Source of the DNA: an uncultured bacterium
GTDB taxonomy: Bacteria > Patescibacteriota > Gracilibacteria > UBA1369 > PNNO01
DNA length: 32,000 nucleotides
Assembly: GCA_963704705.1 (NCBI GenBank)
Contig: OY969931.1
Location: forward strand, 1,020,001 to 1,052,000
Direction: 5' to 3'
Shown: positions 1 through 10,366 of the stretch, piece by piece
Numbering within the stretch: the stretch's first letter is position 1
Layout of the letters: each line of letters starts with the position of its first letter
Notes under the pieces: model-generated
The model's database searches: none
The model's input: the letters and a program-made list of their open reading frames with translations, nothing else
What the model was told of the DNA's origin: nothing
Position numbers and translations under genes: made by a program

Positions 1-942
1 GTATTTTTCAACAACATCAAAAGGTGAAATAACATTGTTTAAAGATTTGCTCATTTTGTGTCCCCCGCTTGAAATAAATCCGTGAATCGGAATAGATTTT
101 GGAGTCTGAAGACCTGCAGAAAGCAAAATTCCAATCCAAATCCCCGCATGAAATCTAATAATGTCTTTTCCAATTACATGAGCATCACAAGGCCAGTATT
201 TTTCGAATAATTCTCCGTCGTTTTCATAATCCAAAGCAGTAATATAGTTTGATAAAGCATCGCACCATACATACATTGTATGATCGGGATCATTAGGTAC
301 TTCGATGCCCCAGCTTAATTTATCTTTTGGACGTGAAAAGCTGACATCCCGGAGTCCTTCTTTTGCAACATTCAAAAATTCACGTTTTCGATAGTTCGGC
401 TCAATTTTTATCTCATCTTTTTCAATTAATTCCGCAATTTTATCTGAATATTTTGAAAGTCTAAAGTAATAATTTTCTTCACTAAATTTTTCCACTTCTT
501 TTTTATGGATTGGACACTTTCCGTCTTCCAAATCTTTCTCTGTCACATAAGCTTCGCATCCTTTGCAGTAAAATCCTTCATATTTATCTTTATATATATC
601 CCCTGCTTCAAAAAGTTTCATCCATAATTTTTGTGCGCCGCGCTTGTGCCTGTCAGATGTTGTACGGATAAAATCATCATAAGATAAATTCAATAATTTT
701 TTTAATTTCTTATTTTGATTCGCAATATCATCAACATGCTCCTGCGGAGTAATACCAAGCTCTTTGGCAGTATCGTGAATCTTCATTCCATGCTCATCAG
801 TGCCTGTTAAAAAATAAACATCTTCGCCAAGCAACCGATGATAGCGCGCCAAACAATCAGCTTCAATTGCCTCCATTGCGAAACCAATGTGCGGAGCAGC
901 GTTTGCATAAGGAATACTCGTTGTCACATAAAATTTACTCAT
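1..942 (-). CDS. metG: Methionyl-tRNA synthetase, N-terminal part (runs off window edge)
   Basis: Minus-strand reading from ATG at 942 gives MSKFYVTTSIPYANAAPHIGFAMEAIEADCLARYHRLLGEDVYFLTGTDEHGMKI..., with the class I PYANA.PHIG motif and a FYCKGCEAY..C zinc-binding insertion. Confidence 0.93.
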   Translation of the reverse strand, partial: MSKFYVTTSIPYANAAPHIGFAMEAIEADCLARYHRLLGEDVYFLTGTDEHGMKIHDTAKELGITPQEHVDDIANQNKKLKKLLNLSYDDFIRTTSDRHKRGAQKLWMKLFEAGDIYKDKYEGFYCKGCEAYVTEKDLEDGKCPIHKKEVEKFSEENYYFRLSKYSDKIAELIEKDEIKIEPNYRKREFLNVAKEGLRDVSFSRPKDKLSWGIEVPNDPDHTMYVWCDALSNYITALDYENDGELFEKYWPCDAHVIGKDIIRFHAGIWIGILLSAGLQTPKSIPIHGFISSGGHKMSKSLNNVISPFDVVEKY

Positions 943-957
943 GACTCTATTTAACCC

Positions 958-2160
958 TTATTCAGAAGGTTTTTCAAGGTAACCTTCAGGGTTCTGTTTA
1001 TCGCCTTCTCCCCCAACCTGAGTTCTATAGAGTGAAAAATTGAATACCGGCATGAAAGTATTAGGCTTTATAAAGGCCTCAATTTGTTTTCGTAATTTCT
1101 GGAAAGTGCCTGTTGAATCAATTTTTGCATAATCTCTGATTGTATATTCACCATCATCAGGAATTAATATTCTGTAATAAATTCGTGCTCTTTTTCTTTT
1201 TTCAAAATCAGAACCACCCTGTAAAAGTTCAGGATTAAATATATTTGAAAGACTTAAATAATTAGAATCATGACAATCCAAAAACTCTTTAATTGTCACT
1301 GGATTTGAAGTGTCTTCAGTATATTTTACTGTTCGTGCCTCGCCATTTGAATCTAGCTGATATACAAAAGCTTCACGTGCCCACTGCCACAAATACGCGC
1401 AATTTTCATTATATTGAATCCCGTTTCGATCATCAGTAAAGCCGGCTGAAGTTGTTCCGAAACAAGAAGGCCAGTCCTCATTTGAACCAATCCATACCGG
1501 AAGATAATCTCCGATAAATTCAGTGGTAAGTTTATCAGGATTAGGGTCAAAATATTTACTGCAAACCGAACCAACCTGTGCCCCGCTGTTAATACCTGTA
1601 ATTTTCCATCTAAGCATATCAAGAACACCTTTTTGTAATGCTTCATTCAATTCAGGAACAGCATCAATAAAAAACTCAACTCTAAAATCACTCACATTTT
1701 TTACAGAAACATCTTCATTTTGAACAAATAATGGAACTGTTAATGTATCATTCAAATCAAGATATCCATAAAGGTAAGTTTTTGGATCATCCTGAGCAAG
1801 TTCTTTGTTAATTATTTCTGTGTCAACAAAAGGCATGGACTTGGCTTTATTGCCGATTGAATATTCAAAACTCAAATCTTCACCAATATTATAAGAATCA
1901 CCATTCACAATAAGTTCTCCTTTTATCATTTTATCTTCTTTTTCAAATCCAGGTAATTTTTGATGCAAATCCAAAAGCGCACTTTCAATACCTGACTCAG
2001 CCGCATAATAAGCTTTACCTGCATTTACAATATCAGTTGTTATTCTTATTTCACGCATAACCAGACTGCTTAGCCCTAGCGCAAGAGTCATTAGCACTCC
2101 CATTACAAGCAAAGTGATTAGTAGTGCGCTGCCTTTTTGTTTGATTAATTTTAATATCAT
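958..2160 (-). CDS. PilX/GspK-like minor (pseudo)pilin assembly protein
   Basis: N-terminal GSALLITLLVMGVLMTLALGLSSLVMREIRITTDIVNAGKAYYAAESGIE, typical of the PilX N-terminal segment with AYYAAESGIE; last gene of a pilin cluster. Confidence 0.8.
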   Translation of the reverse strand: MILKLIKQKGSALLITLLVMGVLMTLALGLSSLVMREIRITTDIVNAGKAYYAAESGIESALLDLHQKLPGFEKEDKMIKGELIVNGDSYNIGEDLSFEYSIGNKAKSMPFVDTEIINKELAQDDPKTYLYGYLDLNDTLTVPLFVQNEDVSVKNVSDFRVEFFIDAVPELNEALQKGVLDMLRWKITGINSGAQVGSVCSKYFDPNPDKLTTEFIGDYLPVWIGSNEDWPSCFGTTSAGFTDDRNGIQYNENCAYLWQWAREAFVYQLDSNGEARTVKYTEDTSNPVTIKEFLDCHDSNYLSLSNIFNPELLQGGSDFEKRKRARIYYRILIPDDGEYTIRDYAKIDSTGTFQKLRKQIEAFIKPNTFMPVFNFSLYRTQVGGEGDKQNPEGYLEKPSE

Positions 2161-2843
2161 AAGTTGTCTGTTTGCTGGTTATAAACACGTGATGAAAATG
2201 TTGTTTGCAAATCAAGATTAAAATCCGAAACCGTATCATTGTTGGATCCAATACTCGAATACACAGTAACCGATGGCTGAAACTGTACTACGCCACACGA
2301 AATATTATCAGGATCAAATGGATCATCCAAAGGTGCTTTATCAAAACTAAATGATTTAATTTTTAAATCCTTCATTTCAATCTCTACAAATCCTGTTTCA
2401 AATCCTCTGTCAGGTTTCCATTTATCATCAGCTGTACCTTTTATTTCTTTTTTAAAACTTAATATTTTTCCATCGTTATCTTCGGAATCCTGAACTAGAA
2501 ATACAGTTCGTTCAGTTGCATCGCGATTGATTAATGCCAAATAAGAATCTGGTGAACCCAACTGAAGTTCGTTACTATTGCATGTATCAGATTGCGAACT
2601 GCCACTTCCGGGCTTACCAGGACATCCATAATCAATTGTTTTTGATCTTGTTTCTTCACCTATTAAACTGTAAACATATCTCAATTGCGAATACATTTCT
2701 CTTATAACATTTGCATTTCTTTGTGCACCTGCAATATTTAGATACGAACTTGAAATAGTAATCATTAATAATGAAAAAATAGTAATTGCAATGAGTATTT
2801 CTATTAATGTGAATCCCCTGTTTGTTCTAATTTTATGAGTCAA
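2157..2843 (-). CDS. Prepilin-type protein, GspJ/PilW-like
   Basis: Type III signal/N-methylation motif RGFTLIEILIAITIFSLLMITISSSYL; overlaps the neighbouring pilin gene by 4 nt. Confidence 0.82.
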   Translation of the reverse strand: MTHKIRTNRGFTLIEILIAITIFSLLMITISSSYLNIAGAQRNANVIREMYSQLRYVYSLIGEETRSKTIDYGCPGKPGSGSSQSDTCNSNELQLGSPDSYLALINRDATERTVFLVQDSEDNDGKILSFKKEIKGTADDKWKPDRGFETGFVEIEMKDLKIKSFSFDKAPLDDPFDPDNISCGVVQFQPSVTVYSSIGSNNDTVSDFNLDLQTTFSSRVYNQQTDNL

Positions 2844-2870
2844 AAGTCAAAGGTTAATGGTCAAATGTTG

Positions 2871-3497
2871 CTATAAAGGTCCGGCTTTCCAGTCGGTTAA
2901 AATTGTAGGAAGCCTGAATTCGCCTGTTTTACTTCCTTCAGTCCACTGCACAACAGCTGTTACTGAAAGTTTTAATTTATCTTTTCCTTCTTTGTTAGAT
3001 AAATCATACGGTACTGATCTTACTTCAAGCCATCTTCTGAATTTACTTTTATTTTCAGTTGGTTCATGAATATATTTAACGGGATCTCCGCTTGTTAAAT
3101 AAAGCTGGCTTTTCTCCTGTGTGTAATTCAGCAGTTCCCATGGAGCCGCATTCTTTACATCAGCAGGATCATTGCTGCATGTATCGGTAGTTTGTAAATT
3201 TTCACGTTTTTCAATAATAAAATTACCATCACCTTCAAAACTTACTCCAAATAAATTCTTATCACTACCTCTCCAGTATTGGTTATGCATCCAAAGTCCA
3301 TCTCGTATATTTCTAAAACCTTCAAGAGCTTCCTGTGCCAGATTATAAGCAATTATTTTATCGATATTACTATTGTTGGCTCTAATTGATGACACCAATA
3401 AATTAGTTGTTGTTACAATAACAATTACAATAATTGCAATTGATACAATTACTTCAGGTAAAGTGAACCCTTTTTGTTTTTTATTTATATTTTTCAT
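2871..3497 (-). CDS. Prepilin-type protein, GspI/PilV-like
   Basis: N-methylation motif KGFTLPEVIVSIAIIVIVIVTTTNLLVSSI followed by NLAQEALEGFRNIRD. Confidence 0.82.
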   Translation of the reverse strand: MKNINKKQKGFTLPEVIVSIAIIVIVIVTTTNLLVSSIRANNSNIDKIIAYNLAQEALEGFRNIRDGLWMHNQYWRGSDKNLFGVSFEGDGNFIIEKRENLQTTDTCSNDPADVKNAAPWELLNYTQEKSQLYLTSGDPVKYIHEPTENKSKFRRWLEVRSVPYDLSNKEGKDKLKLSVTAVVQWTEGSKTGEFRLPTILTDWKAGPL

Positions 3498-4099
3498 TAA
3501 ATCTATCAGTAAAAGTATTACCGGTTAACATATTTAATAAGATAACTCTTTGGTCATTTTCATTTACATCCCCTTTCAATCCAATTACAATCTGCAAAAA
3601 TTTATTTGAGCCAGCCATAGCACCTATTTCCAATTCAGGAATGGCATTTGGCGGAGCAAAAGAACATAGTAAAATCATCATTTTCATTACCAAAAAGTTT
3701 AATATCATTTACAACTATATTCTTATCAAGATCATTTACTCCATACGATTCAGCATCTATTTGTAAACATTTGTTATTTTTTTCTTTTAAACGATTATAT
3801 GGTGCAATCAGCTGATCGATTGTTCCTTCCACTTTTACAACAAACCCAAAACAATGAGATTCATTGTCTACCGAATAACCTGATCTGGTTTTTTCACGCA
3901 TCTCAATAATCAAATTTTCAATTTTATTTGCAGCAATATCAAGAGCTATTCTTTTATTTACACTTGAATAACTCATTATGGTTACAGCAATTATCACTGA
4001 AATGATTGCCATCACTATTAGAAGTTCAATAAGGGTAAAACCTTTTTTTTTATTTTTAATTTTCATTAAACTTTTCTTATATTGTTCCTGTAAACGCAA
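3481..4099 (-). pseudogene. GspH-like prepilin, interrupted by an apparent single-base frameshift near 3658-3661
   Basis: ORF 3635-4099 carries KGFTLIELLIVMAIISVIIAVTIMSYSS but runs out as FTMFFCSAKCHS*. ORF 3481-3708 continues in another frame with PPNAIPELEIG...RVILLNMLTGNTFTDRF. Removing one base of the A4 run (plus strand 3658-3661) gives continuous DDFTMFFAPPNAIPELEIGAMAGSNKFLQIVIG. Confidence 0.7.
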
Positions 4100-5285
4100 A
4101 AATCGGCATTAAAATAGCAAGCGCCAAAAGCACAATAAACAAAGCAACGATCAAAATCATAATCGGCTCGAATATTGCTGTTAATCTTTTAATACTATGG
4201 TCAATTTCTCTATTGTAATGTGACGCTATTTTTTCAGATATAGTGCCAATTGAAGCTGTTTTTTCACCGATACTAATCATTTGAGTAACAGTTTCAGGAA
4301 ATAAAAACGGTGCATCCATTAAATTGTCTGAAATCTTTTCACCTGCCTGAACTTTTTTTACAACTTCAAGAATTTTGAGTTCATAAGGTGCACTATTCAT
4401 TAAATGCGCTGTAATTTGAAGTGTTCTAATAACAGGCAATCCTGCTTCCATTAATATTCCAAGCATACTGATAAATCTCATAACCAACACTTTTCTTATA
4501 AGCGAACCAATAACAGGAATTTTTAATTTTGTGAAATCAATCTGAAAGTTACCTGCTTCAGTTGATTTATAAACCTTGTAAATACCATATATTGCAAGAA
4601 CACCTAAAATGATTGTCCACCAGTAACCTCTTAAAAAATCACTTGTCCCAATTAATAAGCGTGTTGCAAATGGGAAATCCTTAGTTTCCAAACCACCCTG
4701 AACAAGCAGGTCTGTTAGAATCGGGACAACACCCACAATCATAATTATTGAAACTATAATTAAAACAGTAATTACAATTATCGGATAAACTGACGCTGTA
4801 AACAATTTAATTTGAAGTTCATTAATTCTTTCTGTCTGGTCGGATAATCTAAAAAGCATTTTATCAAGATTACCAGCTGCTTCACCTGCTTTAACCACAC
4901 CGATTTCCGCATCAGTAAAAACATCCGGAAAACGAGCCATTGAATCTGAAAGTGTATTCCCACGTTCGGTTGAATAAGCCAATGTATTAATTATTCTTTG
5001 AAATCTTCGATTCTCTGTTTTTGAAGAAAGCACTTTAAGCGCTTGTAAAACAGGAATTCCAGCATCAACCATCACAGCAAGTAAATGGAAGAAATAAGCT
5101 TTTTCTTTTAAGCCTACTTTACTGTGATCAATTAAAAAATCATTAATTTTGGTTGAAACCGATGCATTTCTATTGTCATATAATCCATAAATAACTTCTT
5201 CTTTTTTCCTAACACCTCTGTTTTCAATACTTTTTAAAAGTTTTTCAGCATCCCTACTCTCTCTGTTTTTTTGATTATTATCCAT
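4077..5285 (-). CDS. pilC: Type IV pilus/T2SS inner-membrane platform protein PilC/GspF
   Basis: KAYFFHLLAVMVDAGIPVLQALKVLS, GNTLSDSMARFPDVFTDAEIGVVKAGEAAGNLDKML, second repeat PVIRTLQITAHLM...FPETVTQMISIGEKTASI and C-terminal EPIMILIVALFIVLLALAILMPIF. Confidence 0.93.
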   Translation of the reverse strand: MDNNQKNRESRDAEKLLKSIENRGVRKKEEVIYGLYDNRNASVSTKINDFLIDHSKVGLKEKAYFFHLLAVMVDAGIPVLQALKVLSSKTENRRFQRIINTLAYSTERGNTLSDSMARFPDVFTDAEIGVVKAGEAAGNLDKMLFRLSDQTERINELQIKLFTASVYPIIVITVLIIVSIIMIVGVVPILTDLLVQGGLETKDFPFATRLLIGTSDFLRGYWWTIILGVLAIYGIYKVYKSTEAGNFQIDFTKLKIPVIGSLIRKVLVMRFISMLGILMEAGLPVIRTLQITAHLMNSAPYELKILEVVKKVQAGEKISDNLMDAPFLFPETVTQMISIGEKTASIGTISEKIASHYNREIDHSIKRLTAIFEPIMILIVALFIVLLALAILMPIFAFTGTI

Positions 5286-5289
5286 AATT

Positions 5290-5832
5290 TTATAAGTAAT
5301 AAGCTTTAATAGTTAAAGTCATGTTTTCAAGAAGGCTTTGAAGTCTTTGAACATTAATGTTTTCAACAACAAATTTTCTGCTTGTACTCTCAAGATCTTG
5401 CAAAAATGAAATTAAAGCCTGATGTCCGCCACTTATATTTGTTGAAATATTTAATACATTTACACCAAGTTCAGAATCTTCAAGTTGTCCAAAACTTATT
5501 GAATTCAAACTTACTGAATTGTCCGTAGTTAATTTTGCAAGTGTGTTAATTACTTCGCTTTCATTAACATCGGCAGGAATTAAGTTAAGAACATCATTCA
5601 TTGTTACTTCTGAACCTGAAAAAGAATCACGCAGATTTTCAAGTCTCACGATTTCTGCCTTAATTTGTTGTAATTCACTCTGCTTTGAAGACAAATCTGT
5701 CTGAAGATCAGCAAGTCTGTCTTTTTGCGGTAAAAGAAATACAAACACTCCGACTATTGATACAATTAATAATGTAACAGCAACAATTGTCGATGTATTT
5801 GAATCCTGATTTGTTTTTATTTGAGCATTCAT
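5290..5832 (-). CDS. PilO-like pilus alignment complex protein
   Basis: Short N-terminus, one TM helix, coiled coil, then small alpha/beta domain (ISTNISGGHQALISFLQDLESTSRKFVVENINV); located next to pilC. Confidence 0.65.
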   Translation of the reverse strand: MNAQIKTNQDSNTSTIVAVTLLIVSIVGVFVFLLPQKDRLADLQTDLSSKQSELQQIKAEIVRLENLRDSFSGSEVTMNDVLNLIPADVNESEVINTLAKLTTDNSVSLNSISFGQLEDSELGVNVLNISTNISGGHQALISFLQDLESTSRKFVVENINVQRLQSLLENMTLTIKAYYL

Positions 5833-5850
5833 TATTATTTTTAAGTTAAA

Positions 5851-6405
5851 TTATCTACGTGGAACGTTATCTTCAGAAGCTTTGTAATTCACACTTAGTA
5901 TAAAAGACAAAGTCGAATCCCCTTCAGCTGTCTGCGCCTTGCTTATTGAAGGTACAAAAGGGTTTGAAAAATCCGGAGCTTCACTGAAAACTTTAAGTGT
6001 GTCAGCTACATAACCCAGAAGGGTTTGCACGTTTTCTGAATTTAAAGTCTGAACATTAAATGAAAGTCTGCCATCTTTTCCTCCGCTGTACGAAAGAAAA
6101 TCAACAATTTTCCTTTTTTCTTCAATATCAACCGGAGCTATTTTAGTAATAGTATCCAATACTTTGGACCATTTTACTTCAATAAGCTCAATTTTATCCA
6201 AAGCGCTTATGCTTTTTTGAGCAAGCACGACATCGCTCTGATTAAGCTCATCCAAACTGTTATTGGCTTTTGTTATATCCTGATCAGCTTTATTTATCTC
6301 TGATTCGGCAGCTAGTGCCTGCGAATAGAAATAACCTGAGCCAAGCCCCACTCCAAAAAGGATAATAAAGGCAATGATTAAAAATACTGGTGATTTTTTA
6401 TTCAT
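5851..6405 (-). CDS. PilO/PilN-like pilus assembly protein (TM + coiled coil)
   Basis: N-terminal TM (VFLIIAFIILFGVGLGSGYFY), predicted coiled coil and context; same overall build as its neighbour but divergent sequence. Confidence 0.5.
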   Translation of the reverse strand: MNKKSPVFLIIAFIILFGVGLGSGYFYSQALAAESEINKADQDITKANNSLDELNQSDVVLAQKSISALDKIELIEVKWSKVLDTITKIAPVDIEEKRKIVDFLSYSGGKDGRLSFNVQTLNSENVQTLLGYVADTLKVFSEAPDFSNPFVPSISKAQTAEGDSTLSFILSVNYKASEDNVPRR

Positions 6406-6489
6406 GATATTTTGTGTTTATTTTTTTATCAATATATTATACTATTAAAATCCAAAAAAATCAATTATATAAGCCCAAAAATTATAATT

Positions 6490-6813
6490 ATGCAGCAGAA
6501 AAAAAACTTTATATTTAAAAACGAACAATTTATTTGTGAAAATTGCAAAAAAAATAACCCAAAACTTGCGGCTGGCTGCCGAAACCACTGTAAATTTTGT
6601 TTATATAGCAAACATGTTGATAAAGAAATACCCGGCGACAGGGAGAGTGAATGTAAGGGCTTAATGAAGCCAATTTCTTTAGACAAAGATGGCAAAAAAG
6701 GTTATATTATTATACATAAATGTATTGTTTGCGGTGCTGAAAACAGAAATAAAACAGCATCTGATGATAATTTTGATGCTATTATTGATTTATCGGTTAA
6801 TGAACTTGTATGA
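6490..6813 (+). CDS. RNHCP-domain zinc-ribbon-like protein (function unknown)
   Basis: FICENCKKN...CRNHCKFCLYSKHVDKEIPGDRESECKGLMKPISL...HKCIVCG. ATG at 6490 (MQQKKNFIF) is a more plausible start than the ORF-track start at 6412. ATGA overlap with tilS. Confidence 0.8.
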   Translation: MQQKKNFIFKNEQFICENCKKNNPKLAAGCRNHCKFCLYSKHVDKEIPGDRESECKGLMKPISLDKDGKKGYIIIHKCIVCGAENRNKTASDDNFDAIIDLSVNELV

Positions 6814-8093
6814 AAAATGATTTAAATAATATTATTAAAGATCATATTGCCAAAAATTCTAAAATTATTGTGGCTTTTTCAGGCGGGCCTGATTCAGTAT
6901 ACCTTTTATATAAATTGATTGGATTAAATCATTGTAAAATAATTCTGGCTCATTTTAATCACAAATTAAGAGGCAAAGACAGTAATCTGGATGAAAAATT
7001 TGCTGTTAACACTGCAAATAAATTTAAGCTGGAATTTGAATCAGATTCTTTTGATATTAAAAAATATGCAAAAGAGAATTCTTTAAATCTTGAAGAAGCC
7101 GCTCGAATTAAAAGATATGAATTCCTTAATAAGATAAAGAAAAAACATAATGCAAATTTTATTATAACCGCACATCATGCAGATGATAATCTGGAGACTT
7201 TTATACTTAATTTCATAAGAGGGGCTGGTTTAAAGGGCTTAAAATCGATGCAATTAATTAATAAAGATATTTTTAGACCTTTATTATATACATCTAAAGA
7301 AGAAATTATTGATTATTTGAAGAAAAATAAAATTAAATTCAGGGTTGATAAGTCAAACAGCGATAATTCCTTTACAAGAAACAAATTACGTAATGAAATT
7401 ATTCCAAAATTAAAAGAAATCCAGCCCGATCTAATTAAGATTTCCAATAGAAATCTTCAAAATTTTAATGAAGTTCATACATTAATTAATAATAGAGCCA
7501 ATAAAGATACATTAACAAAGCAAATTCTTTTAAGTGTTTATGAAAATATTTATGGATCAACACAAAACTTTTCAACAAGCCAATTAGAAAAGCTATTAAA
7601 AATTTCAAAAAATAAAAAAACAGGTAAAAAAGCTGAATTCGGCAAAGATTTTTATCTAACTTCAACATCAAAATCTATTGAATTGATGCCAAAAAGTAAA
7701 AGTACTTTAATAAAAAAGAATAAAATTAAAACTCCTGGTATAACTAAGTATGAATTTGGTGAAATTAAATGCAGACTTACAAACAAAATACCAAAAAGTG
7801 GGATTTATGTTGATTATTCGAAGCTAAAACTTCCTCTATATATAAGGAGTAAAATTGATGGAGATAGATTCAGCCCATTTGGACTTAAAGGAACAAAAAA
7901 ACTTCAGGACTTTTTTACTGATAAAAAAATTCCGAAACACAAACGTTCTCAAATCCCTATAATTACAGATAAAAACGATAAAATTATTGCCATTGGAAAT
8001 TATTCAATTGATGATAACTACAAGATTTCAGAATCTAACAAGGAGAAAGCTAATCAATACCTTGAAATAGTATTAAAAAAAGATAAACTATAA
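6810..8093 (+). CDS. tilS: tRNA(Ile)-lysidine synthase
   Basis: PP-loop IIVAFSGGPDSVYLLYKL, HFNHKLRGKDSNLDEKFA, ITAHHADDNLETFILNFIRGAGLKGLKSM, FRPLL. Confidence 0.95.
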   Translation: MKNDLNNIIKDHIAKNSKIIVAFSGGPDSVYLLYKLIGLNHCKIILAHFNHKLRGKDSNLDEKFAVNTANKFKLEFESDSFDIKKYAKENSLNLEEAARIKRYEFLNKIKKKHNANFIITAHHADDNLETFILNFIRGAGLKGLKSMQLINKDIFRPLLYTSKEEIIDYLKKNKIKFRVDKSNSDNSFTRNKLRNEIIPKLKEIQPDLIKISNRNLQNFNEVHTLINNRANKDTLTKQILLSVYENIYGSTQNFSTSQLEKLLKISKNKKTGKKAEFGKDFYLTSTSKSIELMPKSKSTLIKKNKIKTPGITKYEFGEIKCRLTNKIPKSGIYVDYSKLKLPLYIRSKIDGDRFSPFGLKGTKKLQDFFTDKKIPKHKRSQIPIITDKNDKIIAIGNYSIDDNYKISESNKEKANQYLEIVLKKDKL

Positions 8094-8098
8094 GAGCT

Positions 8099-9970
8099 AT
8101 GGATAGAAAAATTAAATTACCGGAACAAAGACCTAAAAACAGCTTACTTTACTTAATTGTATTAGCTTTAATAATTACCGCTCTTTACCTGGTATTTAAT
8201 CCTGATCAGAGTTCAACTGAAAAAATCAGTATTAATACCTTTGTTGAGCAGGCTAGAAATGAAGAAATAAAAAGTATTGCCGTTAAAAATGAACGTATTG
8301 ATATTGAGTTAATAGATGGCTCAAAAGAATACGCTTTTAAAGAAAGAGGTGAAACTTTAAGAGAAATACTTACTGATGTTCCAATTGATATCAGAAATAA
8401 AATCGATACTGAAATAGTTTCTACTGAAGGTGAGGAACTCTGGACCAATATACTTATAAGTATAGTTCCCTTCTTATTAATAATCGGATTTTTCGTTTTC
8501 ATGATGCGTTCTGCTCAAAACAGCAATAATCAGGCTATGTCTTTTGGAAAAAGCCGCGCACGTCTTCATGATAAAGAAAAGAATAAAACTACATTTAAAG
8601 ATGTGGCAGGTGCAAAAGAAGCAAAAGAAGAACTTGAAGAAATAGTGGATTTTTTAAAAAAACCAGCAAAATACACATTAATGGGCGCAAAAATACCAAA
8701 AGGTGTAATTTTAGTTGGTGCTCCCGGTACAGGTAAAACATTATTGGCACGAGCAGTGGCTGGAGAAGCAAATGTTCCATTCTTTAATATAAGCGGTTCG
8801 GAATTTGTTGAGATGTTTGTTGGTGTAGGTGCAAGCCGTGTACGAGATTTATTCAAAAAAGCAAAACGCAATGCTCCTGCAATTGTATTTATTGACGAAA
8901 TAGATGCTGTTGGCCGACAAAGAGGGACAGGACTTGGAGGAGGACATGATGAAAGAGAACAGACTTTAAATCAAATACTTACTGAAATGGATGGATTTGA
9001 AAAAGATACAAACATAATTGTAATGGCAGCAACAAACAGACCTGATGTACTTGACCCTGCTTTATTAAGGCCAGGCAGATTTGATCGCCGTATTGTGGTG
9101 GATATGCCGGACATTCAGGACAGGGAAGAAATTTTAAAAGTTCATTCAAGAGGCAAACCAATAGCAAGCAGTGTTGATTACCTTTCAATTTCGAGACAAA
9201 CACCTGGCTTTTCAGGTGCTGATTTGGAAAATTTACTTAATGAAGCAGCTATTTTTGCAGCTAAAGAAAACAAAAAAACCATTTCGATGCATCATATTCA
9301 GGAATCTATTGAAAAAGTTGCACTTGGGCCCGCACGAAAATCACTTATTCTTTCAAAACTTGAAAAACAGATTGTAGCATATCATGAAGTCGGACATGCA
9401 CTTGTAGGCCATTTTCTTCCATATTGCGACCCTATTCATAAAGTTACGATAATTTCACGTGGACATGCACTTGGCGTAACTTGGTCTGTTCCTGAAGAAG
9501 ATAAAAGACTCAGTACTAAAACTAAATTTGAGCATGATATAGCAATGTCCCTAGGAGGATATGTTGCCGAAGAAGTTGTATTCGGGGATATTACCAATGG
9601 AGCCGGAAGCGATCTTCAACATGCAACTGATATTGCAAGACAAATGGTCACAAGATACGGTATGAGTAGTCTTGGTCCGGTTATATATGGTGATCAAAAC
9701 CATGAAGTATTTTTAGGCAGAGACTTTGGACATGTTAAAAATTATTCTGAAGAGCTAGCTGCTAAAATAGATGAGGAAATTAAAAAAATAGTGGATAAGG
9801 GATATAAAACTGCAAAAGAAGTAATACTAAAACATAAAGACTTATTGGATAAAATAGCAGCAGACTTAATTAAAAAGGAAAATATAGATGCAAAAGAATT
9901 TAAAGAATATTTTAAAAATGTTAAAGTTCCGATAAAAAAATCATTTAGCAGAATTAAAAAAATAACTTAA
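8099..9970 (+). CDS. ftsH: ATP-dependent zinc metalloprotease FtsH
   Basis: [22 protein letters not shown], Walker [43 protein letters not shown], zinc motif HEVGH. Confidence 0.98.
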   Translation: MDRKIKLPEQRPKNSLLYLIVLALIITALYLVFNPDQSSTEKISINTFVEQARNEEIKSIAVKNERIDIELIDGSKEYAFKERGETLREILTDVPIDIRNKIDTEIVSTEGEELWTNILISIVPFLLIIGFFVFMMRSAQNSNNQAMSFGKSRARLHDKEKNKTTFKDVAGAKEAKEELEEIVDFLKKPAKYTLMGAKIPKGVILVGAPGTGKTLLARAVAGEANVPFFNISGSEFVEMFVGVGASRVRDLFKKAKRNAPAIVFIDEIDAVGRQRGTGLGGGHDEREQTLNQILTEMDGFEKDTNIIVMAATNRPDVLDPALLRPGRFDRRIVVDMPDIQDREEILKVHSRGKPIASSVDYLSISRQTPGFSGADLENLLNEAAIFAAKENKKTISMHHIQESIEKVALGPARKSLILSKLEKQIVAYHEVGHALVGHFLPYCDPIHKVTIISRGHALGVTWSVPEEDKRLSTKTKFEHDIAMSLGGYVAEEVVFGDITNGAGSDLQHATDIARQMVTRYGMSSLGPVIYGDQNHEVFLGRDFGHVKNYSEELAAKIDEEIKKIVDKGYKTAKEVILKHKDLLDKIAADLIKKENIDAKEFKEYFKNVKVPIKKSFSRIKKIT

Positions 9971-9972
9971 CC

Positions 9973-10365
9973 ATGCCTAAAAAAAATTCACCACAAGTTG
10001 TATCTCAATCACAATATGATGAAGATGCTATTGAAGGACAATTAGCATTGGATGTTTATCAAACAGATAAGAATATAGTTATTTTAGCGCCTGTTGCTGG
10101 TGTAAAGCTTGAAGACATGAATGTTGAAGTTACTGATGATGTATTAACAATAAAAGGTCACAGACAATATGAACATACAGTTAAGGAAGAAAATTATTTT
10201 ACACAGGAATGCTTCTGGGGTGATTTTTCCAGATCAATAGTCTTGCCAGCTTCAGTTGATAGTAATAAAATAAGCGCCAGCTTTAATGATGGCGTACTAA
10301 AAATTGAAATTCCTAAGATTGAAAAAGCTCGGAGTAAAGTAATTAAAATTAAGACTACGAAATAA
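9973..10365 (+). CDS. Small heat shock protein, Hsp20/alpha-crystallin family
   Basis: Alpha-crystallin domain: VLAPVAGVKLEDMNVEVTDDVLTIKGHRQYE...CFWGDFSRSIVLPASVDSNKISASFNDGVLKIEIPK. Confidence 0.93.
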   Translation: MPKKNSPQVVSQSQYDEDAIEGQLALDVYQTDKNIVILAPVAGVKLEDMNVEVTDDVLTIKGHRQYEHTVKEENYFTQECFWGDFSRSIVLPASVDSNKISASFNDGVLKIEIPKIEKARSKVIKIKTTK

Positions 10366-10366
10366 T

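Noticed and set aside
6412-6489. N-terminal extension MCLFFYQYIILLKSKKINYISPKIII of the RNHCP ORF
   Set aside because: Not family-like and falls in an AT-rich promoter-type region; internal ATG at 6490 is the better start.
8206-8871. Antisense ORFs within ftsH, and similar short antisense ORFs in secA, ftsK, pta, ackA and gltX
   Set aside because: All are shadow frames of strongly conserved genes on the other strand.
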